DNA of 64,000 nucleotides from Guillardia theta CCMP2712 (lineage: Eukaryota > Protista > Cryptophyta), in the NCBI RefSeq assembly GCF_000315625.1, contig NW_005434637.1:246671-310670 (forward strand), written 5' to 3'. This document shows, piece by piece, positions 24,790-36,311 of the stretch. Made by a program: the position numbers and the translations under genes. How positions within the stretch are numbered: the first letter of the stretch is position 1; every line of letters starts with the position of its first letter. Below the pieces are notes generated by a model, which saw only the letters and a list, made by a program, of their open reading frames with translations, was not told the DNA's origin and did no database searches.

Positions 24790-27458
24790 TGAAGGAGGAG
24801 GAGGAGGTGAAGGTGGAGGAGGTGGAGGAGGAGGAGGAAGAGGGACTGACTTGCAACATGGCGGGCTGGTGGGAGAGAACTTGGTCATGGATGCTCGAGA
24901 CGACCTGATTGGAGGGTGAGGAGGATGACGAAGAGAGAATGTAAGATCTCACGGCGTCGAAGTCCACGAGGACATGGAGCGAGTGGGAGTTGACCTGTGA
25001 GATGAACGAGAGAGGAGGAGGAGGATTTGGAGGAGGAGGATGAGAATGAGGAGGAGCAGGGAGGAGGAGAATGTAAGAGAAGCTCGTGGGTGATTCGAGC
25101 AGGAACTTACTTGCTCCCCTATGGACGAAGGTGTCGAACCGTGCGGGAAGAATTTGAAGCAGCACCTCCTGAATCCCTGGGGAAGGAGGCTGGACATGTA
25201 GTTGCTGATAGACATCAGGAAGAAGGAGAAGGAAACAGTTATTACATCGATCGTTGGGATTCTTGAATCTCGAAGACGACAATAGAAGTTCTTTCGGAAT
25301 CATACCCCAGCAAGAGGGATATCACTTGAGAAGGGACAGCATGCCATGCTGAAGCGATGTACCCAACTCTCATGTTGATCACAGGAAGTTTGAGGGCGAC
25401 CTGAGAAAACCTGTGAGGAGATGGAAGGAGCAAGAAGCAGGAAGCAACCGAAGGCAGGGGAGAGGAGACGACAAGTTTGTTGTGCGCGTCAATGATGTCG
25501 TTCAGTAGAGGATGAGGAACGAATCGAAGGCTCTGTAGAGGATGGATGGTGGTTCTGCCGATGGCAGTGAGCTGCTGGGCTATGCAGGCCATCGCCTTCT
25601 TCTCATTCTCCTCCCTCTCCTCGAACAGCAGAGCGTTGTGCATAACCTCGACGAGGTTGTACCTTGCTTCACAATGACCTTCCTGTCGCCCCAGCAGATG
25701 TCTGTAGTTGCTTGCGCTCTCCACTAACTTTCCTTGCAGGTTCAGGCACTTGCTCAGCAAGAACCTGGCGACGTCGTGATTGCCGTTCAGCTCGACAGCC
25801 TTCCTGTAGTGCTCGCAGGCCGTTCGTCCACCCTCCTCCTCTCCCTCCTCCTCCATCATCATCCCTAGCTTCACGTGCATCTCTGCGTTGTCCTGATCCA
25901 GCTGCAGGCCCAGCTCGAACTCTCTTATCGCTCCTGTCACGTTCCTCCTGTCAGCCCACAGAGCTGCGCCGAGAGCAAAATGGGCGGAAGCGGAGGGATG
26001 GCGGAGGAGGAGGAGGCGGTAGGAGCGCTCTGCAGCTGAAAACTTTCCCTCCTTCATCTGCACGTACGCCAGCTCGTCGAGGTCCTCCAGATTTCCTCTC
26101 ACCTCACACGCTCTCTCTGCCATTTGCTGCGCCAGCTCCAACTTGCCGTCCTTGCTGGCCGAGCGAGAGAGGAGGAGGAGGACGGAGGCAGCGAAGTTCT
26201 GCATCTTGTCAATGGCGGTGGCTGTCAAGGTAGGGGAGGCAGATTCAGCAGCGACTATTGCCATCATTGCGTGCAGGTCTCCGAGCTCAATGCTTGCCAG
26301 CTTGCAAGCTTGCTTCACATGCTTCCACCTCCTCCGCTCGCGTCCTTCTCGTCCTGCATGACTTGCAAGCATGAAGTATGGGAACGAGCGGCGAGGAAAG
26401 AGGAGATGCATGCTCTGGCATGCAAGCAGTTGCGTCTGTGCAGCTTCTCCCATCAGACTCGCCAGTTCGTTGTAGAACTTGTGAGCTTGTAAACACTGCG
26501 ACCCCTCACAATGAGTATAATCATGACTCTGCGCATCCAGGAACATCTCAACATTGAGATGAAGTCTCCCTTGTTGATGGTCAGGAGGCTGATAGCTCAG
26601 CAACATGTACCAGGTCGCTCCCTCTGTTCCATTCAGCGCTATCCTATCCGTCAGTTCAATCACTCCTGCTCCTTTATGGAAGTCGATCGTGCCCACATGA
26701 GCGCTGGAGTTGTGTTCAGCAATCGGACAACCTTGCCGGAATCCAATCTTGTTCACCCTCACAGCACGAAGGTTCTTGCTATGCTTCACAGGGACTTCGT
26801 CCTGCATCTCCGAAATGCTCACATGCAAGTTCAGGGCAGGAGCATGAGTGAAACTGCTCGATGGAACTGCAAACAGGACAGAAGACTGCTGAACAAACAT
26901 GACGTCGCTTCCTCCTATGCCATGTGCTGCAGACTTGGTCAGAACGATCTTCATGAATGTTCTCGAGACAACTTCCGGCACATGATCTTGGTGCACCTTC
27001 AGGTACCATACCCGTGACTGCGCATGACACACTGAGGTATGCAGGACCAGCTCGCTGCTGGCATGTGCGAGGACAGAAGGGTTTCCTCCTTCGATCTCCG
27101 AGGCATTCGTCCTCAGCCATACTGTCCTTTGACTCTTCAAGGGCTTGCAATGCTTCTCAGCACAGCCTGTGAACGAGATGAAAGCTTGCAGGAAATGAAA
27201 ATCCTGCAGGTGCTCGAAGAGGTGTGCCATGCTACCCCTTACGACATGCTCCTCCTCGTCGTAGAGGGAGGAGACCGGGAGCTGAACATGTACATCTCCT
27301 TGATCAACTACTTCAATCTCAGCTATCCTGGAATCTCCATGTTTCTTCCAGGCTTCTTTGGGCAGATTCTTCCAAATGTCGTTTGCTCCAAGAACACAGT
27401 GATGGATAACAATCAATGACGTGATGCAACGAAGCTCGAATGTCCCGAAGGTGGGCAT
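23347..27458 (-). CDS. TPR + glycosyltransferase family 41 (OGT/SPINDLY-like) protein, divergent
   Basis: TPRs in the 738-aa ORF followed by RVGYIAS. Downstream exons VLVDFD, HQPAMLQVRGWG, TLQQWSSILR, LSAPEESLMSRISASFL...EEYRRLA, RAWERGMRMALETW are collinear with the OGT catalytic lobes. Confidence 0.7.
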
Positions 27459-27459
27459 A

Positions 27460-28453
27460 ACTGACTGCGCTGATAGAGATGGACTAACTTATGTACATTC
27501 AAGCTTCAACGAGTGGGCAAGAAGCTCATCTCGCTTCATCTCCCGTTCACTTCTCGTTGTCGTGCTCTCTCCACCTTTCTTCTTGCCTGCAGCATTCTCC
27601 TTACCTGCTCCCCTCCCGTCTCCTCCCCTCTCCTTTCCTCCCCTCCCCTCCTCTCTCCTCCCCTCCTCTCCTCTCCTCTCCTCTCCTCTCCTCTCCCCTC
27701 TCCTTTCCTCTCCTCTGGCCTCTTCTCATCTCCTCCTCACGCCTCTCCGCTCTCCGCTCCCCTCTCTCCTCCATTCATCCATATTTTCGCCATCATCGGT
27801 TTTCTCCCACTTGCGTCTCCCCCTTCAGATCAGTATTTTACACGCCGAACCCGCCTCAAGGTTTTCACGGACTGCCTCGATTCAGCCATGGCGCGAATGC
27901 GAACAATGCTGTTTGTGTTGTTGTTGGTTGGGGAACAATGGCAGAAGGAAGTAGAGGGAATGGGAGGTATATTTACCTCCTCCTTTTCTATCTCCACTCA
28001 ATCTCCTCTCCCTCCTCTCTTCTTCTCTTCCCTCCTCTCCCTCCTCTTCTCCAGTCTTTCCATCAGTCCTCTTGCATCCTTTCGTCGTCATATCCTCCTT
28101 TCACCTCCTCCGCTGCAGCAGATGCATCACCATGTTCTTTCTTCATTATCGTCTCGTTCATTCACTCACAATCATCATTCTGCTCGCTTCCTGGTCTTAT
28201 TCCTTCGCCTCATCGTCTTGACTTAGCCATTTGAGCTCCAGTTTCTTTCCGATTTGACCATGGCATGTGCCATGAAACGCTGATGGTGACTGAGAAGGGG
28301 AAGAAACTAACCAAGGTGCTGCGATACATACATGTGGCTTCTGTTTGACGCGTAATGTCAGCTGGTGGGCGAAGACTATCAGAGCGCATTGCTCAGCCCA
28401 GTCATTCCTCCCGACAGCAGGAAAGGGGAGCAGGAGCAGGAGCAGGAGCAGGG

Positions 28454-28484
<31 letters not shown>

Positions 28485-28539
28485 TAGGAGCAGGGGCAGG
28501 GGCAGGGGCAGGGGCAATGGGCAGGGGCAGGAGCAGGAT

Positions 28540-28576
<37 letters not shown>

Positions 28577-29480
28577 AGACTTTCCTGGAATGATCGTCTC
28601 ACAGGTCGTACGTCGAGTTCCATGTGCTGAAGAACCCGATGCCTCAATGCTTCATTGGGTTCGGTGTGTGCAAGGGAAATCACGAGTACAAGGAAGGGTG
28701 AGATGGAATGTACTGCCCTTCTGATTGGGGTTGTATCCTTCGTCTTGAAACTCGCTCATATATGCTGCACTGTCCCATGGCTGTCATAGAAGTATCGTAT
28801 ACTGCTGCACAAGTTCCACTATCCGATGTCATCTTGACTTGACCGCTTCATTGCTCTCCCGCTCTTGTTTGACACACATCTCTCCCTTGTTAGGAGATCT
28901 GCCATGGCGGCTGAAGATGCCTGGATGTTGTCAAGTCACAGGTACGATGAGCTGGGAAGACAAAGAGAGGAAGCTTACAGCTTGTTGGAAGTGGAAAAGC
29001 TTATAGCAACGGGGGAATGAGCAAGCAGTTTCTGCCTGGGATAGGAACGAAGCCCTACTGCCCAGGTCAAGACAGTCTGAGAGTACTGGCTGACTCAGCT
29101 GACGGATGGATAGGAGAAGAGCACTTGGCTAAAGACAGCGTGAGGGTGAACGTAGGCGATAGGGTTAGACCCAACTCGTATAGTCTACATGCCTGAACGT
29201 TCATCAGCTTGGGCTGCTGGCGGACATGCAGAAACATTCGCTCTACGTCTACGTCAACGGCGTCTGCCAGGTGAAAGCACAACAGCTCCCCTGCGTTGCT
29301 GAGTCGTTTGAAGGGAGAGATGTTCTCTGGGATACCTGACGGAGTGAGGTTCGTGGTGGACCTTGGGGACGAGGAACAGGAGGTAGAGATCCTTCCAACA
29401 GACATGCCGGGAGAAGAACTGTCGGAAGGGTAGAGCGAGGGCTCTTGTGATGTGACATAGAGGGAGATAGGAGGCAACAT
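27460..29480 (-). CDS. probable upstream exons of the GT41 gene, or a separate hypothetical gene
   Basis: Short coding-like minus-strand ORFs (29067..29480, 28402..28683) separated by GT-AG-flanked microsatellite tracts. Confidence 0.3.
27605..27775 (+). repeat. (CTCCT)n pyrimidine tract
   Basis: Seen directly. Confidence 0.85.
28428..28577 (+). repeat. (GCAGGA/GCAGGG)n microsatellite
   Basis: Seen directly. Confidence 0.9.
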
Positions 29481-29519
29481 TTACAACATTTCATTCTTAA
29501 GGTTAAATATTCAACAGAT

Positions 29520-32500
29520 CTAAGGCTTCTTGCGCACAAGACAAGCGACCGCAACCCACAACGAGGTGACTCGTCGAGGAAAGACTCTCACGTGGACTGC
29601 GATGGCGAACTGAGTGTCTTTCTCGTTGGCCTCTGCGGGTCCCACACGGTGGATGTTGGAGCTCTCGATCTCGTGGATGATTGGCTCGATGTCCGTGTAA
29701 GGACGGTTGATGTAGAACCCGATCACCTCGTTCTGCTGCATGAAGCCCGACAGCTCAGCCTGCAGGTCCTCCTCAGTGAACGTCCCCTCGTAATTCGCCG
29801 CAATCTCCATCCGCTTCAGCACCCCCGAGAGCTTCTTGCTCAAGTTCGCAGCCTCGATCATCATCCTCCCGTCGTTGGCCCTCAGGGTCTCCAAGTGCCC
29901 GCGGATGTACTGCTCCACTTCCTTTCGAACTTCGTCTGCGTACGCGTCGTGTTTCTGCAAGGGTTTCCAGTCGATGCTTTCCTGGACGGTGTCCGCATGG
30001 AAGTTTTGGATAGGAAACTTGTCGTTGAACAGCGGCCTCCAAGCTGCAAACAAGTCAGAGGAGAAGAGATCAGACGAGCGATTTTACCTTTCGTGTCGGT
30101 CAGGTCGAATGAAGTGTAGCGAATGTCTCTGGTCTGTTGTATGTTGCCCCAGATGTTGTGCTGGTCCACCACGAAGTGAATCTCCTTGAGAGTACAGTAA
30201 GGGTCCTTGGAGTGATAGACGGATCCTTTCGACGCATTCCACAGGTAAATCTTCTCGCTGTCGTTCGGATCGGAGCCTATTGTCATGACATAGATCGTCT
30301 CGCCTTCGGGGATCCCATTCCCGAATACCAGGTAGGCGCTTGCCTCCAACTTTGGGTTGTGTTTGAAAACATGTAAGAAGAAATTACACAGGAGCGAAGC
30401 GTGCTCCTCCCAGTCACCCGCCATGATGTCGATGAACTCGGATGAGGTACACCAGACATTCAACGAGTCGATGTCGATGTCGTCGCCATGGTCTTCGAGG
30501 TGGAAGTCCTCAAGGAACGGAATCAGTGAGACGAACCTGAGCAGCTGCAGCATCTGCTCATGTACACCCAGCGATTTCTTCACAAGGTCGGGCGGCGGCT
30601 CCTGTATGCACAAGAAGCGGGTGCCCAGCACCCAATCACGTTGCAAGCTGCGCCACAGCGCCTCGAAGTTCCGATCGCGGTTGTATCCCTTGCACTCTAA
30701 GATCCAGTTCTTCACCCGCTGGTCCAACTTGGGCTGAGAAGGAAGCCTTCCTTCCACCTCCCGGTCGAGCGAGCCAGGGATGGACAAGGGCGGATCCAAG
30801 GCGATGCAAACCTGCAGGCTAGACTTTCGATTCTCCTTTTCTTTGTTCTGGCCCTGAGATTCTCCTGCAGCCTCCTCTCCTTCCAGCCTCCCAGCCTTCA
30901 AGTTGCGGCGCTCCGCTCGAGTGTAGCCTATGATGTGCGGTGGTGCATCCAGCTCGAAGGTGCCATCAACCCGACCCTTTGCCGAGGCAATGTAGAGGGT
31001 GTTGAAAGGAAAGCTGATTGAGCCCAACCATCGTTTCTCCACCTTGCGGAGTTTCCCGTATTCCTTCTCTGACTCGTAGACCTTGGTGTCGAAAACTGTC
31101 AAGTACAGCTTGTCTTCGACTTTCATTAGGTTGCTGGGACTCCAGTTATTGCTCGGCGGCTCGAACTTCAACTTTAACTTAGCGTTCCATGCTGGATTAT
31201 TCCCTTTGAAGACTGTAGTGGTCTCCACTTGCTTACCAAATCTTGCCTCGACGACACATTCCAGCGGAGGAGCGATACTCTTCGAATCATTCGTATGCCT
31301 GATTGGAAGATTCTGGGCCCGCTGCACTGAAATACTAATGTAGCATTGTGACGGCGTTGCGATAGTGGCTGGCAGCTGTCCAACCTGCGGTCTCAATGCG
31401 CTCCTCTTACGCAACAAGTTTGTGATGCCGGCAAGAATGTCTGGAACTCCAAAGTGTGGCAGTCTCGGCTGATGTACCACATCCTCATGCCTGTAAACTC
31501 TTCGCAGTCTTTGTCCTTGTCGGGCCTTTGCCTTGGACACCTGCTCTTGTACTTTCTCCTTGAATCTCATGATACGCTGAACCTTCTTTCGCTCTGACAT
31601 CTTTTGGTCTGAATCTTCTGTTTGAGGAAACTCCAGGACATAGATCTTGTCGATAATGTCATCATCTGGAATATCACTCTCGAGCAGTGGAATACTAACA
31701 GCTGATAATTGATTCTGCCTGGTCATCAGCAGCTTGTGTCGAACATTTGCTGGGCGTTTGATGAACTGTTCACCCACCCATCGATGAGAATGTACGCTAT
31801 GCTCTTGCAGTCGAAGGTCAGGTAGCATGTTGTCGCCGACGTAGGTACTGTTAATCCAGCCATCAAATCTCACAGTGTGATTCGATTCCGTTTCCTTGCT
31901 TGCACTCAACAACTCTAACAAATTTCTGTTTCTGGGATCATTCGGATCCAATTCATTTGCTTCGACAAGCCGCTTCAACTTATTTACAGAAATCAACCCC
32001 TTTGCTTTCTTGGTCACATCACTCCTAGACCGTCTATTCAATCTGTTTGTTTCAAGAAGATTGTCTGACTCAATGTCTATCTTGACAGAATCTTCATCTG
32101 CATTGGAATCGAACTTTGAGACCCTGATGAAAACTTCTCCTGCATTGTAATGAAGTCCTGAGGGTCTGACAACGCGAGGCTCATTGATCTTCGTGGTCTG
32201 AGGCTCAATTTCAACACACCACGGTCTCTCTGACGGCACGGTAGCTTGAAACGTCAATGACAAGGAATTAGCATCATCAAAATCTTCTGCAACTGGAAGA
32301 AAGACTGAAGCAAATTCGGAAACATTAGAAAATGTCCTTACACGTTCTAGGAATCCAGAATCCTCCAAAACGTGTATTGTCACCTCTGGCCTTTTGCTTG
32401 ACATCAGTAGTCTTATTGTCTCAATAGTTGCTGTCTTCAGTGTGAAGTCATTTGCAACTTTAAATTCTATATCACGAATATTCCCTTCATCGTCCTTCAA

Positions 32501-34570
32501 CCAATTTCCGTTGACTGATAGTCTCACGATTATTTTGAGGTCCTTTAGTTTCTTCCTTCTCATAGCCTCTGATTTACCACTCGAAGTTTGTGGCAAAGCA
32601 TCAGTCTCAGTCTTTGCTGCTGTGTAAGTCAGAACAGGAAGGTAAATGGGGTCGCCAGGAGAGCGTTTGGTTCGCTCCTGTCGATCACGAATCGCCTTCT
32701 TGGCCGCCTCTACGTCAAATTTTTCCGTACCCTTGTCTTCTTTTGCACGCAAAGTTTCTAGCATATTCTTGTACGCAGATAATTCATCCCGCTCTAACTT
32801 CAATTGCGATTGCAACCTCAAAAGAAACTTCTTGTCTTGAGCATTCGACTTCATCGCTGGCAGTTGAACATTATCGTCGTCGTCGTCTTCATCGTCGAGA
32901 TCTTCATCTTCATTGGGTCTCTCGGCCATCAAAAGCTGAGCCTCCTTTTCCTCGAATTCTTTGATCTTTTTCTCCATGGTCTTTACTTTGTTCTCAAGCG
33001 TTTTGCAATCCTTTTCGTGCTTCGTTCTTTGCAGTGCCTGTGTGTGCTCATGTTGCCTCCTCATTTCTGATAGCTCTGCCTCCAATTCCTCTTCTCTCTC
33101 TTCTTCGTCTTTTCGCTTGTCCATCAACTGCTTCTTGAACTTCAGCGAACATTTGGTGTTGGTAAAACCCTGTGCTTGGCGAGTTTTCTTGACTTCGTCC
33201 CAAATCTGAATCATACGACTTACTATTTTCAGGTCTTCAAGCTCCTCAGATGATTTCTGTATTCGAAGCCTACTGAGCTCCTCATGCAACCATGGCTCTT
33301 TCTGTACACTATCAAAAACATCCCCATCCGAATTGTTTTTGTCGACCGATTCTTTCACATCCTCCTTTCCTTTATCACGCCTACCTTTCCTCACTGAGAG
33401 TCCCTTGATGTTGTTGGCATCCAGTGCTTTCTCTTTCATAATTGTTTCCAACGCCGCCTTTGCAGACGAAATCTTTTGGGAATAGAAATCCACCCATTTC
33501 ATTTCTGTCCTATACTGATATTTCCGCCATAGACTCTCAAGCTCAGCGACGAGATAGTCCTCTTTGGAGAACAGGTGATGATCCTTCAAGGTCAGGGATG
33601 AGAATTCTATCTCGAGAACAGTAGGATGCTCTCTGGATCCAAAAACGGCTTCCATGTTCTGAACAGGAACCACCATGTCATACTGCAAATACATCGCTGA
33701 TGGATCATATCTCATTGTTGGTCTACAGCGACGGATCTCCAAGGGATCGAACGGTGTGACAAAAATTTCCTCACGGGGAGGAAAACGAATCGCAGACAAT
33801 TTGTCATGATCATCTTTTTCTTGGCTATCATCGGCAGCCTTAACACCATCCTTTGCGGCCATGCTTTGCTGCATCCGAATTCTCCGCACAGCACGTTCAA
33901 CATTTGCAGAAAGGATTTCTTTCTCGTGAGCTACATAGAGACCTTGCCTTCGCATGTCATTCCTGGCTTTTTCCAGAATGTTCTCGCCCCTCCCTGCAAG
34001 AGAGAAAAGAACCTCTTTTTCTTGTTGAATCCTCTTTGACACAGGAACCCATGGAATATGTTCAGGATGGCCAGCAAAAGCGGACGTGTAAGAGAAGGGA
34101 GTCTCCAGGCTTGATTCTCTGCTGTCAAATCGTGTACGCCTTCTCGAAGTTTTGCGGTGCAAGACTGAATCCTTGTTTTCATCTGCTTCCACACTTCTAC
34201 CGTCATCGTTTTCTGCTTCATCTTCGGCTTTTGATATCTCGTCATCTTTCTTATCTTGCTCGGCTTTCGCTTCTTTCGCAAGCTTCAGCTGTTCCAGACG
34301 CTTACGACGTTCTTCTCTCGCACGCTTGCTTTCATCAGCAGATGCAGCAACACTGGGCTTACTCTGACTTTGATCTTCGTCAGAAGAATCGTCTCCAGCA
34401 AACCTGTTTCTGCCTCTGGTCTTTCTGGTGAATCCTACACCTGCCCCTGCCCCCTTTTCCTGCTCTATTTCAGTGTCAGCAGGTTTCGGTTTGGGGCTCG
34501 GGGTCTCAGCCTTAGTGTCGCTGTCATCGGAATCATTTTCCTGCTTCCGATTCACCCTTCTTCGCGGCAT
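29520..34570 (-). CDS. CC2D2A: ciliary transition-zone protein CC2D2A/MKS6
   Basis: Coiled coils, LDPNDPRN, C2 domain (ISVQRAQNLPIR...GNNPAWN), RFVSLIPFL, WCTSSEF...GDWEEHASLLCNFF. Intron ~30087-30044 joins the C-terminal FAIAVHVRVFP...SLWVAVA. ATG at 34570. Confidence 0.92.
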
Positions 34571-35175
34571 CTCACAATCTTTCAGATCAATCACGCAAAC
34601 ATCCTGGTACTGGTCAGATCAATGGTAGTGGAGTGATCATGCAATTGTATCAGTAGAATGTAGTTGTTTGCACTTGTCGCGAGCTTGAACTTATCGAAAA
34701 TTGCCGTCTAACCAATTTTCACCCTTACGAATAAAACAAGAGGAGAAGGGTCAGGCTGCAAGGGATGCAGCCACAAGTCTCATGGGAAGAGCTCAAACGT
34801 GTCAAGATTTGTTGCAAGAGGGGAGGAGGAGGGAGAGGAGGAGGGAGATAGAAAGGAAGGGGATGACGCTGCTGCTTCCCACAATCGGGGGCGCCATGAA
34901 GGGCGACAAATTCCCGCGCAAAGGCGGTTGGAATAACCCCTGGAATTAACTATAGGAGGTAGGGGTGGTGATTTCAACAAGGGGTGGAGCATCGTCAGGT
35001 GGGTGAAAAAATCGTTTCACAGGGGTACTTTTGAACGGATAAAGTAGGGTAGTTGAAATGGTTGTGGTGGGAACCCGAAGGGTGGTCGCCAGTACAGAAC
35101 TACTGTAGGGTGGTGCTGGAGCAGGGGGGGTGGGTAGTGAATTGGTATGAGGAGGGACGAGGTCATTATCCCGGC

Positions 35176-36139
35176 ATGGCTCCTCCTGGGATGGCGCCGA
35201 TGCGGCCTGGTAGGTCGAGAGTGATGCAGATGTCCCCATGACCCTCTCAATCCTCATCATACATGCTACTTTCAACTTTTCTGCTCTCCACGCTGCTTCC
35301 TTCTCACTTGCTAACTACCGCAAGCTCTGTTCTCCGCGAATTCTCCCCCACCAGTCGCTCTTATGCTGTTCTTGTCCCAACGGTCATCGTGATCGTGATG
35401 CCCCCTCTATCTGACATTATCGTTCTCATCGCTCCATGAATGCTCGCTTTCCTGCAGGCACAGTTCTTCCAGGTCATGTGCCGGGGAGGATTCCAATCCC
35501 TCCCAACGTAGCCGGTGATCTCGTCTTTGCTGCCCATCCCCTAGCATGAGCGAGCGCGTGATCGGCAGGCGCAGCGGTCGCACAAGTCGAGCCAGACATG
35601 ATGACAGAGCTTGCTGAAGCTGAGAACAAAGTGATTGCGGTCATGAACACAGCCATCACCGTCATCAAGGCCATGAAAGCTAAGATGTCGGCAAAAGTTG
35701 GTGCACCGGTTGCGGACGATGCGGACATAGACAAGCTGACAAGAGAATATGTTGCCTCTGTTGAGGTATGGCAAGCTCAAAAATCTTCCCAGGAGATTTA
35801 CTCTTGTCTGACAGAGGATTCAAGACATTCTGCAAGGAATGCTCATGGGTAGCCATGAGAGGCTGTCGTACAGGCCATACAATCGGACATCTTACGGTCA
35901 TCTCCTCGACCTCTCGATCACAGCGGACGAGGTGAGCTGTGTTGTGGTGGCCTCTTGTCACTCTGATCGTAAGGTAGGTGGCGCATGTTCACAAGCAGCT
36001 CGCAGAACTCAAAGACCTGCTGGAGGCTTCAGCTTTGAAGCCTGATAGCAAGCCAGTGGAGGACGGTTCTGCCAGTTGCTCTCTCCCTTGCTCCACGCTC
36101 ACATTTGTTGCAGTATCGGCTGTCGTCAATTTGGATTAG
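35176..36139 (+). CDS. MED11: Mediator complex subunit 11-like
   Basis: Spliced LAEAENKVIAVMNTA...KLTREYVASVE|..IQDILQG...YRPYNRTSYG...VAHVHKQL matches the Med11 pattern (plant-like YRPFE..Y); start uncertain. Confidence 0.65.
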
Positions 36140-36311
36140 AGTGGTTCGATGTCTCGGAATGTGTTTTTGGCCTTCGTCATGATCATTCAAGGCACGTCTT
36201 TGTAGATATGAGATGCTTCATGTTGCACATGGAGCGATAATTACGAATTCATTTCGTTCTTGACGTTAAGAGGTGGAAGGAGAGATGGTACAATGAATAA
36301 AGTTGCAAACG

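Noticed and set aside
27421-28234. Three overlapping long plus-strand ORFs (177-247 aa)
   Set aside because: Pyrimidine-rich low-complexity DNA lacking stop codons; the coding signal here is on the minus strand
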